From the sequence record NC_049849.1: DNA of 64,000 nucleotides. One strand, given 5' to 3'. Shown piece by piece: positions 9,874-19,574 of this stretch. The translations under genes and the position numbers were made by a program. Position 1 is the first letter of the stretch. Every line of letters begins with the position of its first letter. The notes under the pieces were generated by a model. It was not told the DNA's origin. It searched no databases and worked only from the letters and a program-made list of their open reading frames with translations.

Positions 9874-10691
9874 TGTCGCAGGTAAACAGCCTAAACGAAA
9901 ACATGGAGGCCTCTGGTGACGGCACTGACCGTCGTTACCTGGGCCGTGTTACCGCTTATGAAGACCCCGCTGGTCAGAATCGGTTTCAAGCGGACATTCA
10001 GGGCGAGTTCGGTGAAGGTGAGAAACCGCTGATTGGTCGAGTGCATCAGTCGCCGTTCGGCATCGGCCCTGGCTTCGGAGTCTATGGCAGCCCAGCGCCT
10101 GGCAGCTTAGCAGTCATGAGTTTTCAAGACGGCGACAAGAACTACGGTATGCTGGAAGGCTTCATGATTTCCGCATCCGATGTGAACCCCGAGTTCCGCG
10201 ATGGCAAGGTGTGGGGCTACGTCGATCCGAATGGCACGAAGCTCAAGGTCGATACGCGGAACCAAACGTATGAGTTCGTGCATGTGTCTGGCACTGAATA
10301 CCAAATCGACGCATCTGGCAATCTCACGATGCACACGGTCGGCGGCAAGACTGTTCAGATCGACCAGAACCTGAACATCCATGTGAACGGCAATGCCTCA
10401 ATCGTTAGCGATGGGCAGATGTATATCAAGGGCAGTGACGCCGTGATCGATTGCAATACGACGATCAACGGCAACTTGCAGGTCAATGGTAACGCTTCGA
10501 TCCAGCGCCGCTTGTCCTACTTCGGCGGCTTGACTGGTCGCAATACGTATGGCGGCGGCGGTGATGCTGCAGACATTCAGGGCAACGTTCTGCACTCGAA
10601 CGGCAGTATCATATCCAACAACGTGACCTTGCACACTCACCAACATGATGCACCTAACGGCAGAACCTCTTCACCAATCGTAGGAAGCTAA
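9873..10691 (+). CDS. central spike (gp5 OB-fold / P2 gpV-like) with HxH metal-binding tip
   Basis: YLGRVTAYEDPAGQNR OB-fold start, beta-helix repeats (LNIHVNGNASIVSDG), C-terminal LHTHQH. Confidence 0.85.
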   Translation: MSQVNSLNENMEASGDGTDRRYLGRVTAYEDPAGQNRFQADIQGEFGEGEKPLIGRVHQSPFGIGPGFGVYGSPAPGSLAVMSFQDGDKNYGMLEGFMISASDVNPEFRDGKVWGYVDPNGTKLKVDTRNQTYEFVHVSGTEYQIDASGNLTMHTVGGKTVQIDQNLNIHVNGNASIVSDGQMYIKGSDAVIDCNTTINGNLQVNGNASIQRRLSYFGGLTGRNTYGGGGDAADIQGNVLHSNGSIISNNVTLHTHQHDAPNGRTSSPIVGS

Positions 10692-10692
10692 G

Positions 10693-10755
10693 ATGGCAGC
10701 CCCTAGTAATTTTATGCTTCAGTTGCAGGGCGCTGACTGGATCGCGCTACCCTGA
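10693..10755 (+). pseudogene. orphaned 5' fragment of the gp25 gene (MAAPSNFMLQLQGADWIALP*)
   Basis: 12 of the first 17 residues are identical to the N-terminus of the gp25-like CDS at 11677 (MSAPTNFALNLSGADWI); starts 1 nt after the spike stop. Confidence 0.8.
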
Positions 10756-10768
10756 AAGTGTACCTTAC

Positions 10769-10777
10769 AATTTAATA
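10769..10777 (+). promoter_or_regulatory. AATTT(A/C)ATA motif, putative late promoter of the endonuclease
   Basis: AATTTAATA followed by CAGGAGG RBS and ATG 10799. Confidence 0.5.
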
Positions 10778-10798
10778 GCATTCTCAGGAGGCTATTAA

Positions 10799-11680
10799 AT
10801 GAAAGAGCACTATGTGTATGTACTGCGCATCAAACGGGCACGCGCTCCGTTCTACGTTGGTAAAGGCAAGGGTCGCCGTGCTTGGATGCACTTCACCAAG
10901 CGTGAACTGGCGATCAAGAGTCACAAAAGTCACACTATTCTGAAAGCAATGGCTGAAGGCAAAGAGGTTTTAGTTGAGTTCATCAAAGAGAATCTGACTG
11001 ATGCGCAGGCATGCAAACTCGAAATAGCGACCATTGCAAAATATGGCCGTCGACTGGATGGCAGTGGCATCCTCACCAATCAAGCAGTTGGTGGAGAGTC
11101 TCGCAGCGGATGGACACATTCGGAAGAAGCCAAGCGCAAGATTGCGAAGACAGGCAAGGGGCGTAAGCACACTGAAGAAACCAAGCAGCGCATTGCCGAC
11201 TGCTCACGTAAACAAAAACACAAGCCACACACAGAAGAAGCTAAGCGCAAAATCAGTGAGGCTGGTAAAGGCCGCTCAAACGGACCCATGTCAGAGGAAC
11301 AGAAAGCCAAGATAAGTGCGGCACTCAAAGGTCGCAAAGTTCCGCGAGAACGTGTAGAGAGAAGTGCTGCAAGCAATCGCGGCAAGAAGCGATCCGAAGA
11401 AACCAAACGAAAGATTAGCGAGTCGCGCATGGGTCTTTCTTATGGACCTATGTCAGAGGCGCACAAAAAGAAAATCAGCAAAGCCAACAAAGGTAGGACG
11501 AAATCTCCGGAGTCGATTGCGAAAACAGCAGCAGGCAATAAAGGACAGAAACGTACACCAGAACAGAGGGAACGTATGCGGCAAGCAGCACTGAATAGAA
11601 AACCATTTTCCAAAGAACATAAAGCGGCTCTGTCCGCAGCGCAGCGTAAGCGCCATGCAAAGCTTAGAGGTGAAGCATGA
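10799..11680 (+). mobile_element. free-standing GIY-YIG homing endonuclease with about 10 NUMOD3 repeats
   Basis: YVYVLR...FYVGKG...R...H catalytic motif, E in CKLEIATI, LTNQAVGG; repeated HSEEAKRKI/MSEEQKAKIS units; flanked by 15/16-identical direct repeats (10729-10744, 11713-11728). Confidence 0.9.
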
Positions 11681-12096
11681 GTGCCCCTACTAATTTCGCC
11701 CTCAATTTATCCGGCGCTGATTGGATCGACGTAAACACGTTGATGACCCAGTCGGTGTATCCTGATCGACTACCCGATGAGCTCTCAATCACCAATGCGT
11801 CGCTCATCAATCTTTTGAACTGCCCCATCGGTGCGCGTGGTCGAATCTTTGAGCCGACCTATGGCTCGATGATCTACCAATACCTTCAGGAGCCCATTGA
11901 TGAGACGACTGCTCAAGCGATTCAAGTCTCGTTCATTCAAGCAATCGCTAAATGGGAACCGCGGATTGAACTGGATTACTCTGGCACATACATTCGCCCT
12001 GACTATACCATTCCTGGTTATCACATACGTCTGGCATTCACCATAGTACTGAGTGGTGCCAAGGCTACGGTCGACTTCAATCTTGCTCAAGGCTAA
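11677..12096 (+). CDS. baseplate wedge / sheath initiator (T4 gp25-like)
   Basis: LLNCPIGARGRIFEPTYGS...LQEPID...AIAKWEPRIEL is the gp25/GPW signature. Confidence 0.9.
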   Translation: MSAPTNFALNLSGADWIDVNTLMTQSVYPDRLPDELSITNASLINLLNCPIGARGRIFEPTYGSMIYQYLQEPIDETTAQAIQVSFIQAIAKWEPRIELDYSGTYIRPDYTIPGYHIRLAFTIVLSGAKATVDFNLAQG

Positions 12097-12098
12097 TT

Positions 12099-13871
12099 AT
12101 GGCTGACGAAATTCTCCAACTATCAGACCTGACTGCTGACTTTGACGAGTTCAAAGATCAGTTCAACGAATTCCTGCGTACTCGTCCTGTATGGAAGGGC
12201 ACGCTGACGACCATGACCTCGCAGACGTTGATCGACCTGGTGTCGGCTGTGGGTGCTCATGCGCAAGCTCGACTGATGCGAGCCAGTGAAGACTCGTTCG
12301 CAGAGACGGCACAGTCCGATGATGCGATTCGAGCAATCACGCAAATGCAAGGGTTACGACTGACGCGTAAGAATCCTGCTGTGATTCCTGCAACGCTAAA
12401 CTCTGCGCAAGACGTGACTATCCCGCCATACACGCAGTTCACCGTTGGTGGTCAATACTACTTCAACCGCGATCAGCTCCCCATCGTTGCCAACGTGCCC
12501 GAAGCGGTTGAGCTCTATCAAGGTCAGCTCGTTGTCTACCAAGTCGGCATGGTCGGCACGCCGTACCAAACTTTCCTGTCGGACGAGGACGGCTTCAACG
12601 TCAGCGATACTGATACGGTAGTGCGTGTCAACGGCAACATCATTGAACAGTCGCGTGGCGGCCTGTGGAACTACAGGAACCTTCCTGCCTATTCTGACTT
12701 GACGTTGGCTGATGGCAAGCTGCTGGTGCAGTTCGGCAACGAAACCTTCGGGTCGATGCCCGGCGTCAACGATACGGTGCTCATCAGCTACGCGTTGACC
12801 GAAGGCGACTCGGGCAACAACAAGAACCTGAAAGACAAGAAAGTCAACATCGACGGCTTCCCGTTGATATCTGGTATCGTTACTGCTGATCCGACTGGCG
12901 GCTCGGATGAAAAGCCTATCGTGGTTTATAAGAACGTGGCCTCGGGCTCGTTCGGTACATACCAATCGGCGGTTACTCGTGCGCAGTATATCGCAATGGT
13001 GTCGACTTATCCTGGCATCATTGACGCAATCACGCAAGCGCAGCGTGAGATTGATCCGATGGACCTCAAGTGGATGAACGTCATTCGCGTATCGGCTTTG
13101 ACCAACAGCCCGTGGACGCAGTCAATGATTGCGGACTTCATTGAGTACATGGAGAAGACTACCATGTATTCGACGCGCTTCTACTGGCAAGACCCGATCC
13201 CTGTTGACCGCGACCTTTCGATTAATGTGTACTGCTATAACACGGCAGTGCTGTCGCAGATCAAGCAGATTTCTGAAACGGCGATCACGCAACTGTTTGC
13301 TCCGAAGCCTGGCATTTTGCTGACTGACTTCTTTGAGTCGGATTTGACTTCGACCATCAAGACTGCAACGACCGGCCAGGTCTCGCACGTTGACGTTATT
13401 AGCCCTACGGTAGCGATGACTGTCAGCCCGCCTCAAGCCGTGAGACCCGAGGTTACTCCGGTGCCGGGTGGTGGCGTGTTAGGCCCTCAAGTCTACGGCT
13501 ACTCGATTGCAGTTGAGACCGCGGATGAGATTGGCCCGCCCAACAAGTGGGTGTTCCCACAACTGAAGGGCACGTTGGCAAACAATGCTTTGTCGTTGAC
13601 GTGGAAGACTGTACCGAACGCGATCCGCTATCATATCTATGGCCGCAACAGTCAGCAAGGCTACGGCTTGATCGTTACGCTGGCTGCAGTGCCGAACGTT
13701 GACACTATGACGTATGTGGATACTGGAGCAATCACTCCGGTTGGTCCTCTGCCTCCGACCATCAGTCAAGCGCCGATTCGTTATAACCGACTGCGTAGTC
13801 TCATCATCAACGTCTACTATGCGGATCGTCAACAGAAGATGGACGGAACACCTGAACGGAAATCAGTATGA
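12099..13871 (+). CDS. baseplate wedge protein (T4 gp6 / P2 gpJ-like)
   Basis: LTADFDEFKDQF, LIDLVSAV, SFAETAQ, VQFGNETFGSMP, GGSDEKP, AVTRAQY. Confidence 0.85.
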   Translation: MADEILQLSDLTADFDEFKDQFNEFLRTRPVWKGTLTTMTSQTLIDLVSAVGAHAQARLMRASEDSFAETAQSDDAIRAITQMQGLRLTRKNPAVIPATLNSAQDVTIPPYTQFTVGGQYYFNRDQLPIVANVPEAVELYQGQLVVYQVGMVGTPYQTFLSDEDGFNVSDTDTVVRVNGNIIEQSRGGLWNYRNLPAYSDLTLADGKLLVQFGNETFGSMPGVNDTVLISYALTEGDSGNNKNLKDKKVNIDGFPLISGIVTADPTGGSDEKPIVVYKNVASGSFGTYQSAVTRAQYIAMVSTYPGIIDAITQAQREIDPMDLKWMNVIRVSALTNSPWTQSMIADFIEYMEKTTMYSTRFYWQDPIPVDRDLSINVYCYNTAVLSQIKQISETAITQLFAPKPGILLTDFFESDLTSTIKTATTGQVSHVDVISPTVAMTVSPPQAVRPEVTPVPGGGVLGPQVYGYSIAVETADEIGPPNKWVFPQLKGTLANNALSLTWKTVPNAIRYHIYGRNSQQGYGLIVTLAAVPNVDTMTYVDTGAITPVGPLPPTISQAPIRYNRLRSLIINVYYADRQQKMDGTPERKSV

Positions 13872-15088
13872 GCAATCCGTACGAGATAGATAAGCGGCTC
13901 GGTGTGAAGACTCCTCGCACCGTCTTGCTTCCACCCTATATGTTCGACGACTACTACGTCGAATACACGAACTCGATTGATGCGGTGTTCGGTCCCGAGG
14001 TGGACAACAAGATTCGAGTCATTCAGAAAATTCGGGATATGTGGGTGACCAATCCTGACCTCGAGCGTGAGGTCATGGCGCATCATGTGATTCCGTTTGA
14101 TCTATGGAGTCAGCCGGAGCGCGAGATTCTGGTCAAGCAAGTTAACATGCTGGGCATGCGGCTGAAATCCGCTGGCGTGCTGACCAACAACGACTACCAT
14201 GTGATTTCGCGTTTCCTCGGCCAGTACTGGTTTGAGAAAGGTACGTATGGCTTCATCGAGTTCATCAACTTCTGCTTGGGGACAAATTTAATTGTCCGCA
14301 ATCTGTGGAGCCGTGACGAAGGCGATGATGAGTACCACGACTTCACCGCAGAGGTTGGCGGAGTTCCACCCGGCACTCCCATTTGGGAAGGCGGTGAGTG
14401 GTTCCCTACGACTCATGTAGAGATTGAAGCGAAGGGCGGGCTTGAGCGGCTGGACCTAGAGACGCTGGTCGAGTTCTTCTATGAGATTGCAAACTACAAC
14501 CTGGTACTGCACTCGGTTGATATCTCATTCGACATGCCAGTCCTTGATACGCTGGGCAAGGCTAACCTCGAAGCAGAGATTGTCGCACTCGGCATGTATA
14601 ACGATAACGTCGTTGTCATGAGCACTGAAGGCCGCTATGGTGTTGATGCTCCGCCGACTACAGAGCTACCACAGCTGCCAACGCAGGTCCTAGTAGTTGC
14701 CGCTGGAGACGCCCCTGGCTTTGTCTTGACCAATCCGAATGCGTGGTTCGCAGATAACTCCGGCCGTAAGCTGATGGTTTACAATCCAGCGTCAGATGCG
14801 AACATCACAACGTCGGTGCGCGAGATTTTGGAGTTGCCTTCTGCTGTCATGGGCGCTTCGGTTGCGGACTTCAATGCCGCAGTCGTGCTGTGCAATCCTA
14901 CAGGTTGGGTGCGACTGCCTGGCGCGCAACGTGCTCGTGGTCGTATTCCTGTCTGGTCTGCGCAGCCCACACTGACGGTCGATAACACTTCGATCAGCAC
15001 TGAGACGCTAGGCTTTGGTCAATACTTCATCGTCAATCCGGTCGGCTGGACTCAGATCGAGCCTGGCAAGTTCACCCCTTACTGGTAA
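13868..15088 (+). CDS. baseplate wedge protein (gp7 / P2 gpI-like) with three C-terminal NP.GW repeats
   Basis: Follows gp6; YWFEKGTYGFIEFI, WFPTTHV, FFYEIANYNLVL motifs. Confidence 0.6.
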   Translation: MSNPYEIDKRLGVKTPRTVLLPPYMFDDYYVEYTNSIDAVFGPEVDNKIRVIQKIRDMWVTNPDLEREVMAHHVIPFDLWSQPEREILVKQVNMLGMRLKSAGVLTNNDYHVISRFLGQYWFEKGTYGFIEFINFCLGTNLIVRNLWSRDEGDDEYHDFTAEVGGVPPGTPIWEGGEWFPTTHVEIEAKGGLERLDLETLVEFFYEIANYNLVLHSVDISFDMPVLDTLGKANLEAEIVALGMYNDNVVVMSTEGRYGVDAPPTTELPQLPTQVLVVAAGDAPGFVLTNPNAWFADNSGRKLMVYNPASDANITTSVREILELPSAVMGASVADFNAAVVLCNPTGWVRLPGAQRARGRIPVWSAQPTLTVDNTSISTETLGFGQYFIVNPVGWTQIEPGKFTPYW

Positions 15089-15093
15089 ATCAA

Positions 15094-16173
15094 ATGGCAA
15101 ATTTTGCACCCATCAAATACGCAGGTAAGCGATTCCTGCAAATGGTTAGCGGCGACAAGGTATCGCCTACGTTCATTCCAGTTAGTGCTGGTGCTGGCAA
15201 CATGATCCAGACGCGTGCCGATGGTTTGTACAATGGTGTCGTGCTGGCGAATCCGAATGTGTACGTTGCAGCTGCTGGTGTTGATGCAGCAGGACGTGGC
15301 ACCAAGGCGGCTCCGTACAAGACGCTTGACTACGCCATCGACCAGATGCTTGCATCGGCAGGCACAATGCAGAACTACGAAGTCACGTTCTATCTGAAGG
15401 CCGGCGAGGCTTTCACTTGGAACAATCGCAGGTCTGTCACCAAGGCGGCCGTTCGCTTTGCATGGTTCGGAGACACCAAGTACGGCGACTACGGCGATCC
15501 ATATTTGAACCAAGTCACGAACTCCATGTATATGTCGGACTTGCAACGCCCGGTCATAAACCCTATGACTTCACAACCGGGCAACAGCTACTGGCAATGC
15601 GCGGGTCTGGACTTGGATGATTCAGCTGCTGCATTGCTGGGCGTGAAGATCAATCTGCCGGACAATCCTGCCAACCTGAGCGCAGCTGACTTCCCTGGCA
15701 TGGATGTGTTCGCATCGTTCAGTACGGGACGTGTGGCGATTCATGGTGCTATCGTGAACAAGCGTTCCAATGGCATGTATGCTGGACTGGTTGGAGTGAA
15801 GGCTTCGGGTAACATGACGTTGCAGCAAGAAGCTTCGCAACTGACTGTAGCAGATGTGCGCGTTGAAGCTGGAGCTGCCGTTCAGACATTGGAAATTCGC
15901 AAACACTTCTTCCACCTGTACGACTCGAACACTGCGAGCAACGAGTACTTCATCCCGATGTTTCCGAACTCGGGCAATTCGAGTCCCGGCTCTGGCCTTC
16001 TGAATTTGTTTTGGACGGACAACGCATCAGCTGCCGTGCCGAGCTATGGAACGACTCTTGCAACGTATCCGGTCCAAACCAATCCGACCTATGGCGTGCG
16101 TCAGTACTTCAATGGTCTTCGCTTAGATGCGCAGTCGCGTCCCTTGAACGTTATCTCTGGCCGCGTGCTGTAA
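15094..16173 (+). CDS. baseplate/fibre-associated protein with beta-helix-entry motif
   Basis: VYVAAAGVDAAGRGTKAAPYKTLDYAI motif, also present in the 27847-30582 fibre. Confidence 0.55.
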   Translation: MANFAPIKYAGKRFLQMVSGDKVSPTFIPVSAGAGNMIQTRADGLYNGVVLANPNVYVAAAGVDAAGRGTKAAPYKTLDYAIDQMLASAGTMQNYEVTFYLKAGEAFTWNNRRSVTKAAVRFAWFGDTKYGDYGDPYLNQVTNSMYMSDLQRPVINPMTSQPGNSYWQCAGLDLDDSAAALLGVKINLPDNPANLSAADFPGMDVFASFSTGRVAIHGAIVNKRSNGMYAGLVGVKASGNMTLQQEASQLTVADVRVEAGAAVQTLEIRKHFFHLYDSNTASNEYFIPMFPNSGNSSPGSGLLNLFWTDNASAAVPSYGTTLATYPVQTNPTYGVRQYFNGLRLDAQSRPLNVISGRVL

Positions 16174-16184
16174 TGGAGATTTAA

Positions 16185-17735
16185 ATGGCAGCTAGTCCGC
16201 AGTTTCTAATTACCAATCAGGGCTTGGCCATTGCCAGTGTGGCCCTGCCGCAAGGTCCGTACATTCACATCACTGAGTTCCGCGTGGGTGACGCGTATGG
16301 CTACCAGCCGACTCGCAACGACCCTGGCCTCAACGGCAACCTTCTGTTCTCTGCAGCACCGAAGTCCTATCAGAACGTTGGCGACAATACGATGGACATT
16401 GTTTGCCAGATTCCGCCTGATGCGGGTCCGTTTGATTTCGGCGAGGTTGGCATTTACGTTGACGATCCGCAAGGCAACAAGGTGCTGTTTGCCAAAGCCG
16501 TGTGGGACACGCCGCAAACGAAATTCTCTAGCCTCGGCACCAACGTTGCATCGTCGTATACGTTCCACTGCCTGCTGAAACTCCAACAGTCGATTGCGGT
16601 TTTCAAGATCGACACGCTAGCCGATGTGTCAGTGTTGGAACTCGACAAGTGGTCGGATGTGATTGTGCCCTCTCGCGCAGCCAACCCGGACGTGCCGGTT
16701 CTGATTGTTCGCGAGCTCGATCCCGCTTTGAATTCTTCGCTGCTGCATCAAGCCACGACGGTTGCGACGGACAAGTGGACCGTAGGTACGAACTATGAGT
16801 CGTTCACGCCGTTCAACTCTGCTGGTATCTCTACGGTGCAGACGCAAGCAGGCGGTACGTACACCACGCTGATCGTACCGCAGTCGGCGATCCCTGCATC
16901 CATGGTGGCTGCGTATCGTAATCGTCAGATCGTTGCGGAAGTGACGACTGCGATTTCTCCGTACCGCAGCGTGGCTTCGATTTCAGCAGTCGGCAGCAAC
17001 TACGTGCTGAACTTGAACCCCGATCCTCTGCAAGAGATTCCGCAACCTGGCACCCCTGTCATTCTGTACGAAAGCGTGTCGCTGAAGACGCTTGGCTTGG
17101 CCACGCGCACTCAGGCAGGTCTGGTGATTCCTGGTGATCGTATTGACTACGACGGCGCTTCTGGCGTGTTCTCTGTTCAAGGATTGCTGCATTCGGCTGA
17201 CAACAAGTCAGGTCGTCTGCTGACCAGCGCAGACAACTTGAACAACTTGGCACTTAATACGGGCCTGTATCACGTTTACGGTGCTAGCCGTCCTGCTAAT
17301 GGACCCCCTGTTACTGTGGGCGGCCATATCTATCACGTCAACACTGGCGGATTGATTACGCAAGAGTATTGGCCTCAAAAGCTAGTTGCGAGCGATCCGA
17401 TTACTCCGTACTGGCGTTTTTATGATTCTGGCGTGGCAGGTGGTACGTGGGGTCCTTGGACTGTCATTGGCGAGACTCCTTCGTCAGGTGGCTCCATTCA
17501 ATATCTCGGGCAGTTCACTGGAATGCAAACGGGGGTCTTCCCAAGCGCAGGCGCCGTTACGGTGCGTGGTCTTGGTGGCGACAATGACGTGTTTGGATAT
17601 CTGAACGGCAACGCCATTCTGCAGTCTCAGTCGGACGGCAACTCAGACTCGGGCATTACGATCCCAGGCTTCGAAGGGGCGACATGGGCTGCCAATGCTT
17701 ATGGTCAATTCCAACTGTTCTTGATTCTCTACTAG
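16185..17735 (+). CDS. tail fibre (baseplate-anchoring N-domain, knob domain)
   Basis: FLITNQGL...GPFDFGEVGIY N-domain (P2 gpH/DUF3751-like); DNLNNLALNTGLY knob motif. Confidence 0.8.
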   Translation: MAASPQFLITNQGLAIASVALPQGPYIHITEFRVGDAYGYQPTRNDPGLNGNLLFSAAPKSYQNVGDNTMDIVCQIPPDAGPFDFGEVGIYVDDPQGNKVLFAKAVWDTPQTKFSSLGTNVASSYTFHCLLKLQQSIAVFKIDTLADVSVLELDKWSDVIVPSRAANPDVPVLIVRELDPALNSSLLHQATTVATDKWTVGTNYESFTPFNSAGISTVQTQAGGTYTTLIVPQSAIPASMVAAYRNRQIVAEVTTAISPYRSVASISAVGSNYVLNLNPDPLQEIPQPGTPVILYESVSLKTLGLATRTQAGLVIPGDRIDYDGASGVFSVQGLLHSADNKSGRLLTSADNLNNLALNTGLYHVYGASRPANGPPVTVGGHIYHVNTGGLITQEYWPQKLVASDPITPYWRFYDSGVAGGTWGPWTVIGETPSSGGSIQYLGQFTGMQTGVFPSAGAVTVRGLGGDNDVFGYLNGNAILQSQSDGNSDSGITIPGFEGATWAANAYGQFQLFLILY

Positions 17736-17744
17736 GATTACGCA

Positions 17745-18275
17745 ATGACTACGTATGCAACCTACGACAAGGACGGCTACTTCAGTGGAGCCGTCGAGGC
17801 TGACGAGCAACCTGCTAACAGTTCTCCGTTCATGCCGCTTGAGTCGCCGCCTGGCTACCGTGCATGGTTTGACGGAGTTGGCTGGGTGCAGCAGCCGATT
17901 CTGAATGGCAAAGGTGCAGACCTGCAAGTTGCCAAGAGGACTGCTCTTGGTCTTCTAGCCCGGGCTGTATTCCGCGATGCCGAAAGCGATGAGTATCCTG
18001 TGGCGGAGCGTGAGTCGTTTGATGCTCAGTATGCAGAGGCGCTGGCAGTGATTCGTGGCGATGACATTGGTACGTACATCACTGCTATCGCCGATGCTAC
18101 CGGCCGCGATCCGCAAGCTTTGGCGAAGAGCATTGTACAGAAGCATGAGGCAAGTCGTGAACGTCACGCGGTCTTTGTAGCACAGCTGCAAGCGCTGCGT
18201 AGACAAATCGTGAACGCAAAGTCACCTGCGCAGATGCCAGCATACGCTGAACTGCAAAAGGTGGGAGTGCGCTAA
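17745..18275 (+). CDS. tail fibre assembly chaperone (Tfa/DUF4376-like)
   Basis: YDKDGYFSG...PANSSPFMP...WFDGVGW and ERESFDAQYAEALA; directly follows the fibre. Confidence 0.75.
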   Translation: MTTYATYDKDGYFSGAVEADEQPANSSPFMPLESPPGYRAWFDGVGWVQQPILNGKGADLQVAKRTALGLLARAVFRDAESDEYPVAERESFDAQYAEALAVIRGDDIGTYITAIADATGRDPQALAKSIVQKHEASRERHAVFVAQLQALRRQIVNAKSPAQMPAYAELQKVGVR

Positions 18276-18279
18276 AAGA

Positions 18280-18320
18280 AAAAGCCCCTAGAGAACTCAA
18301 TCTCTAGGGGCTTTTATTTT
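18280..18320. terminator. bidirectional intrinsic terminator
   Basis: 12-bp stem AGCCCCTAGAGA/TCTCTAGGGGCT (18283-18312) with A-tract before and T-tract after, between convergent genes. Confidence 0.9.
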
Positions 18321-18329
18321 ACCTACTGA

Positions 18330-19574
18330 TTACGCAATCGTGCCAGTCTGGCCCGACAGATCAAACACGCCAGCAGCCACGCACTTCAGGACAACAGTTG
18401 CGCCCTCACCTGCCGTGGTAAGCAGTCCTTCGAAAGGTGCATTGATCGTCACACCCGCGCCGGCCGTGAACGTCACGATACCAGCACCGGCTTGGCGTAC
18501 TTCGAAGACTTGACCCACCGTAGCCACGCCCGTATTGACCGTAACCGTCACTGCGGTAGCCGACGTGCAGCGATTGTACATGCCTGCAACCACGTTGGTG
18601 CCTGCGGTAGTGCCGAGTTCAAGAGCATCACCCGCCAGAGTGTTGACTGCGTCAAACTGAGCCGGGATCGTCGGCTTGTTCTTGATGAAGTCCAGGGCTG
18701 CGGTATTGGCCTGTGCCCAGTCTGCTTGAATCTGTGCAGCCGGAATCGTAGGCTTGTTCTTGATGAAGTCTGCTGCCGTAGTCGTCGCCTGTGCCCAGTC
18801 TGCTTGAATCTGTGCAGCAGGAATGGTGGGGGTGCCAGACAGTTCAGAGTACGCAATCTGCTTCCACGTACCGTTACCTGCGAGATACACAGTAGCCGAT
18901 GCAGTACCCGTGCCGAGACGTGCGGGAGCAAACGTACCGCTCGTGATCTTCGCAACGTCCAAGTTCGGGATGTCGGTAGCAACCAGAGTACGGAAACTCG
19001 GAGTCGCAGCGCCGCCGGTGGTCGGGCTAGCGAAAATCAAATTCGGCGATTGAGCAACCAGAGAGAACGCCAAGGTTCCAGAGGTCGTGACCGGAGAGCC
19101 CGCGACTGCAAGCAGGGCAGAAGGAACGGCTGCAGCAACAGAAGTCACCGTGCCAGTAGCGCCGCCACCTCCACCAGACTTCGGCGTCAGAACTGCCCAC
19201 ACCGAACCGGGATCATCAGCAGGAATCTCGGTGCTGGCTGCTTGCGCTGCTGCGTTGCGATAGACCAAAGCCGAAGCATCGGGAGTGACTGCGGTGTCCC
19301 ATTGATAGTACACGTCAATGGTGTAGTCGGTGGTATACGTTTGGCTCATGGCTTGCGCGTCGAGAACGAGCAGCCAGCGCGTACCATCCTGGGTCCAATA
19401 GAGGCCAGCCTTGGTATCGCCTTGATTCGTAGTCAGCAGTGCCCACTGCGAAGCGTTAGCGTCCAAAGCAGGCAGCGCATCAACGCTACGAACTTCCTGC
19501 GGCCAGTCGGCATCCACGACGTGAACGGTGAGGTTGGCGGCCAGCAGAGGGGTGGTTTCAGACGAAATGGTCAT
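18330..19574 (-). CDS. fibre-like protein with 26-aa tandem repeat and C-terminal adaptor domain
   Basis: VTSVAAAVP...PTFR-type segments; repeat PTIPAAQIQADWAQ...FIKNK; C-terminus homologous to that of the 33198-36047 fibre. Confidence 0.75.
   Translation of the reverse strand: MTISSETTPLLAANLTVHVVDADWPQEVRSVDALPALDANASQWALLTTNQGDTKAGLYWTQDGTRWLLVLDAQAMSQTYTTDYTIDVYYQWDTAVTPDASALVYRNAAAQAASTEIPADDPGSVWAVLTPKSGGGGGATGTVTSVAAAVPSALLAVAGSPVTTSGTLAFSLVAQSPNLIFASPTTGGAATPSFRTLVATDIPNLDVAKITSGTFAPARLGTGTASATVYLAGNGTWKQIAYSELSGTPTIPAAQIQADWAQATTTAADFIKNKPTIPAAQIQADWAQANTAALDFIKNKPTIPAQFDAVNTLAGDALELGTTAGTNVVAGMYNRCTSATAVTVTVNTGVATVGQVFEVRQAGAGIVTFTAGAGVTINAPFEGLLTTAGEGATVVLKCVAAGVFDLSGQTGTIA
18673..18828. 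repeat. 78-bp tandem repeat (2 copies)
   Basis: GGCTTGTTCTTGATGAAGTC...CCTGTGCCCAGTCTGCTTGAATCTGTGCAGC starts at 18673 and 18751. Confidence 0.9.

Noticed and set aside
10693-11728. Group I intron interrupting gp25
   Set aside because: Only about 43 nt of non-coding sequence flank the endonuclease, too little for a ribozyme core, and the downstream gp25 already has its own complete N-terminus.
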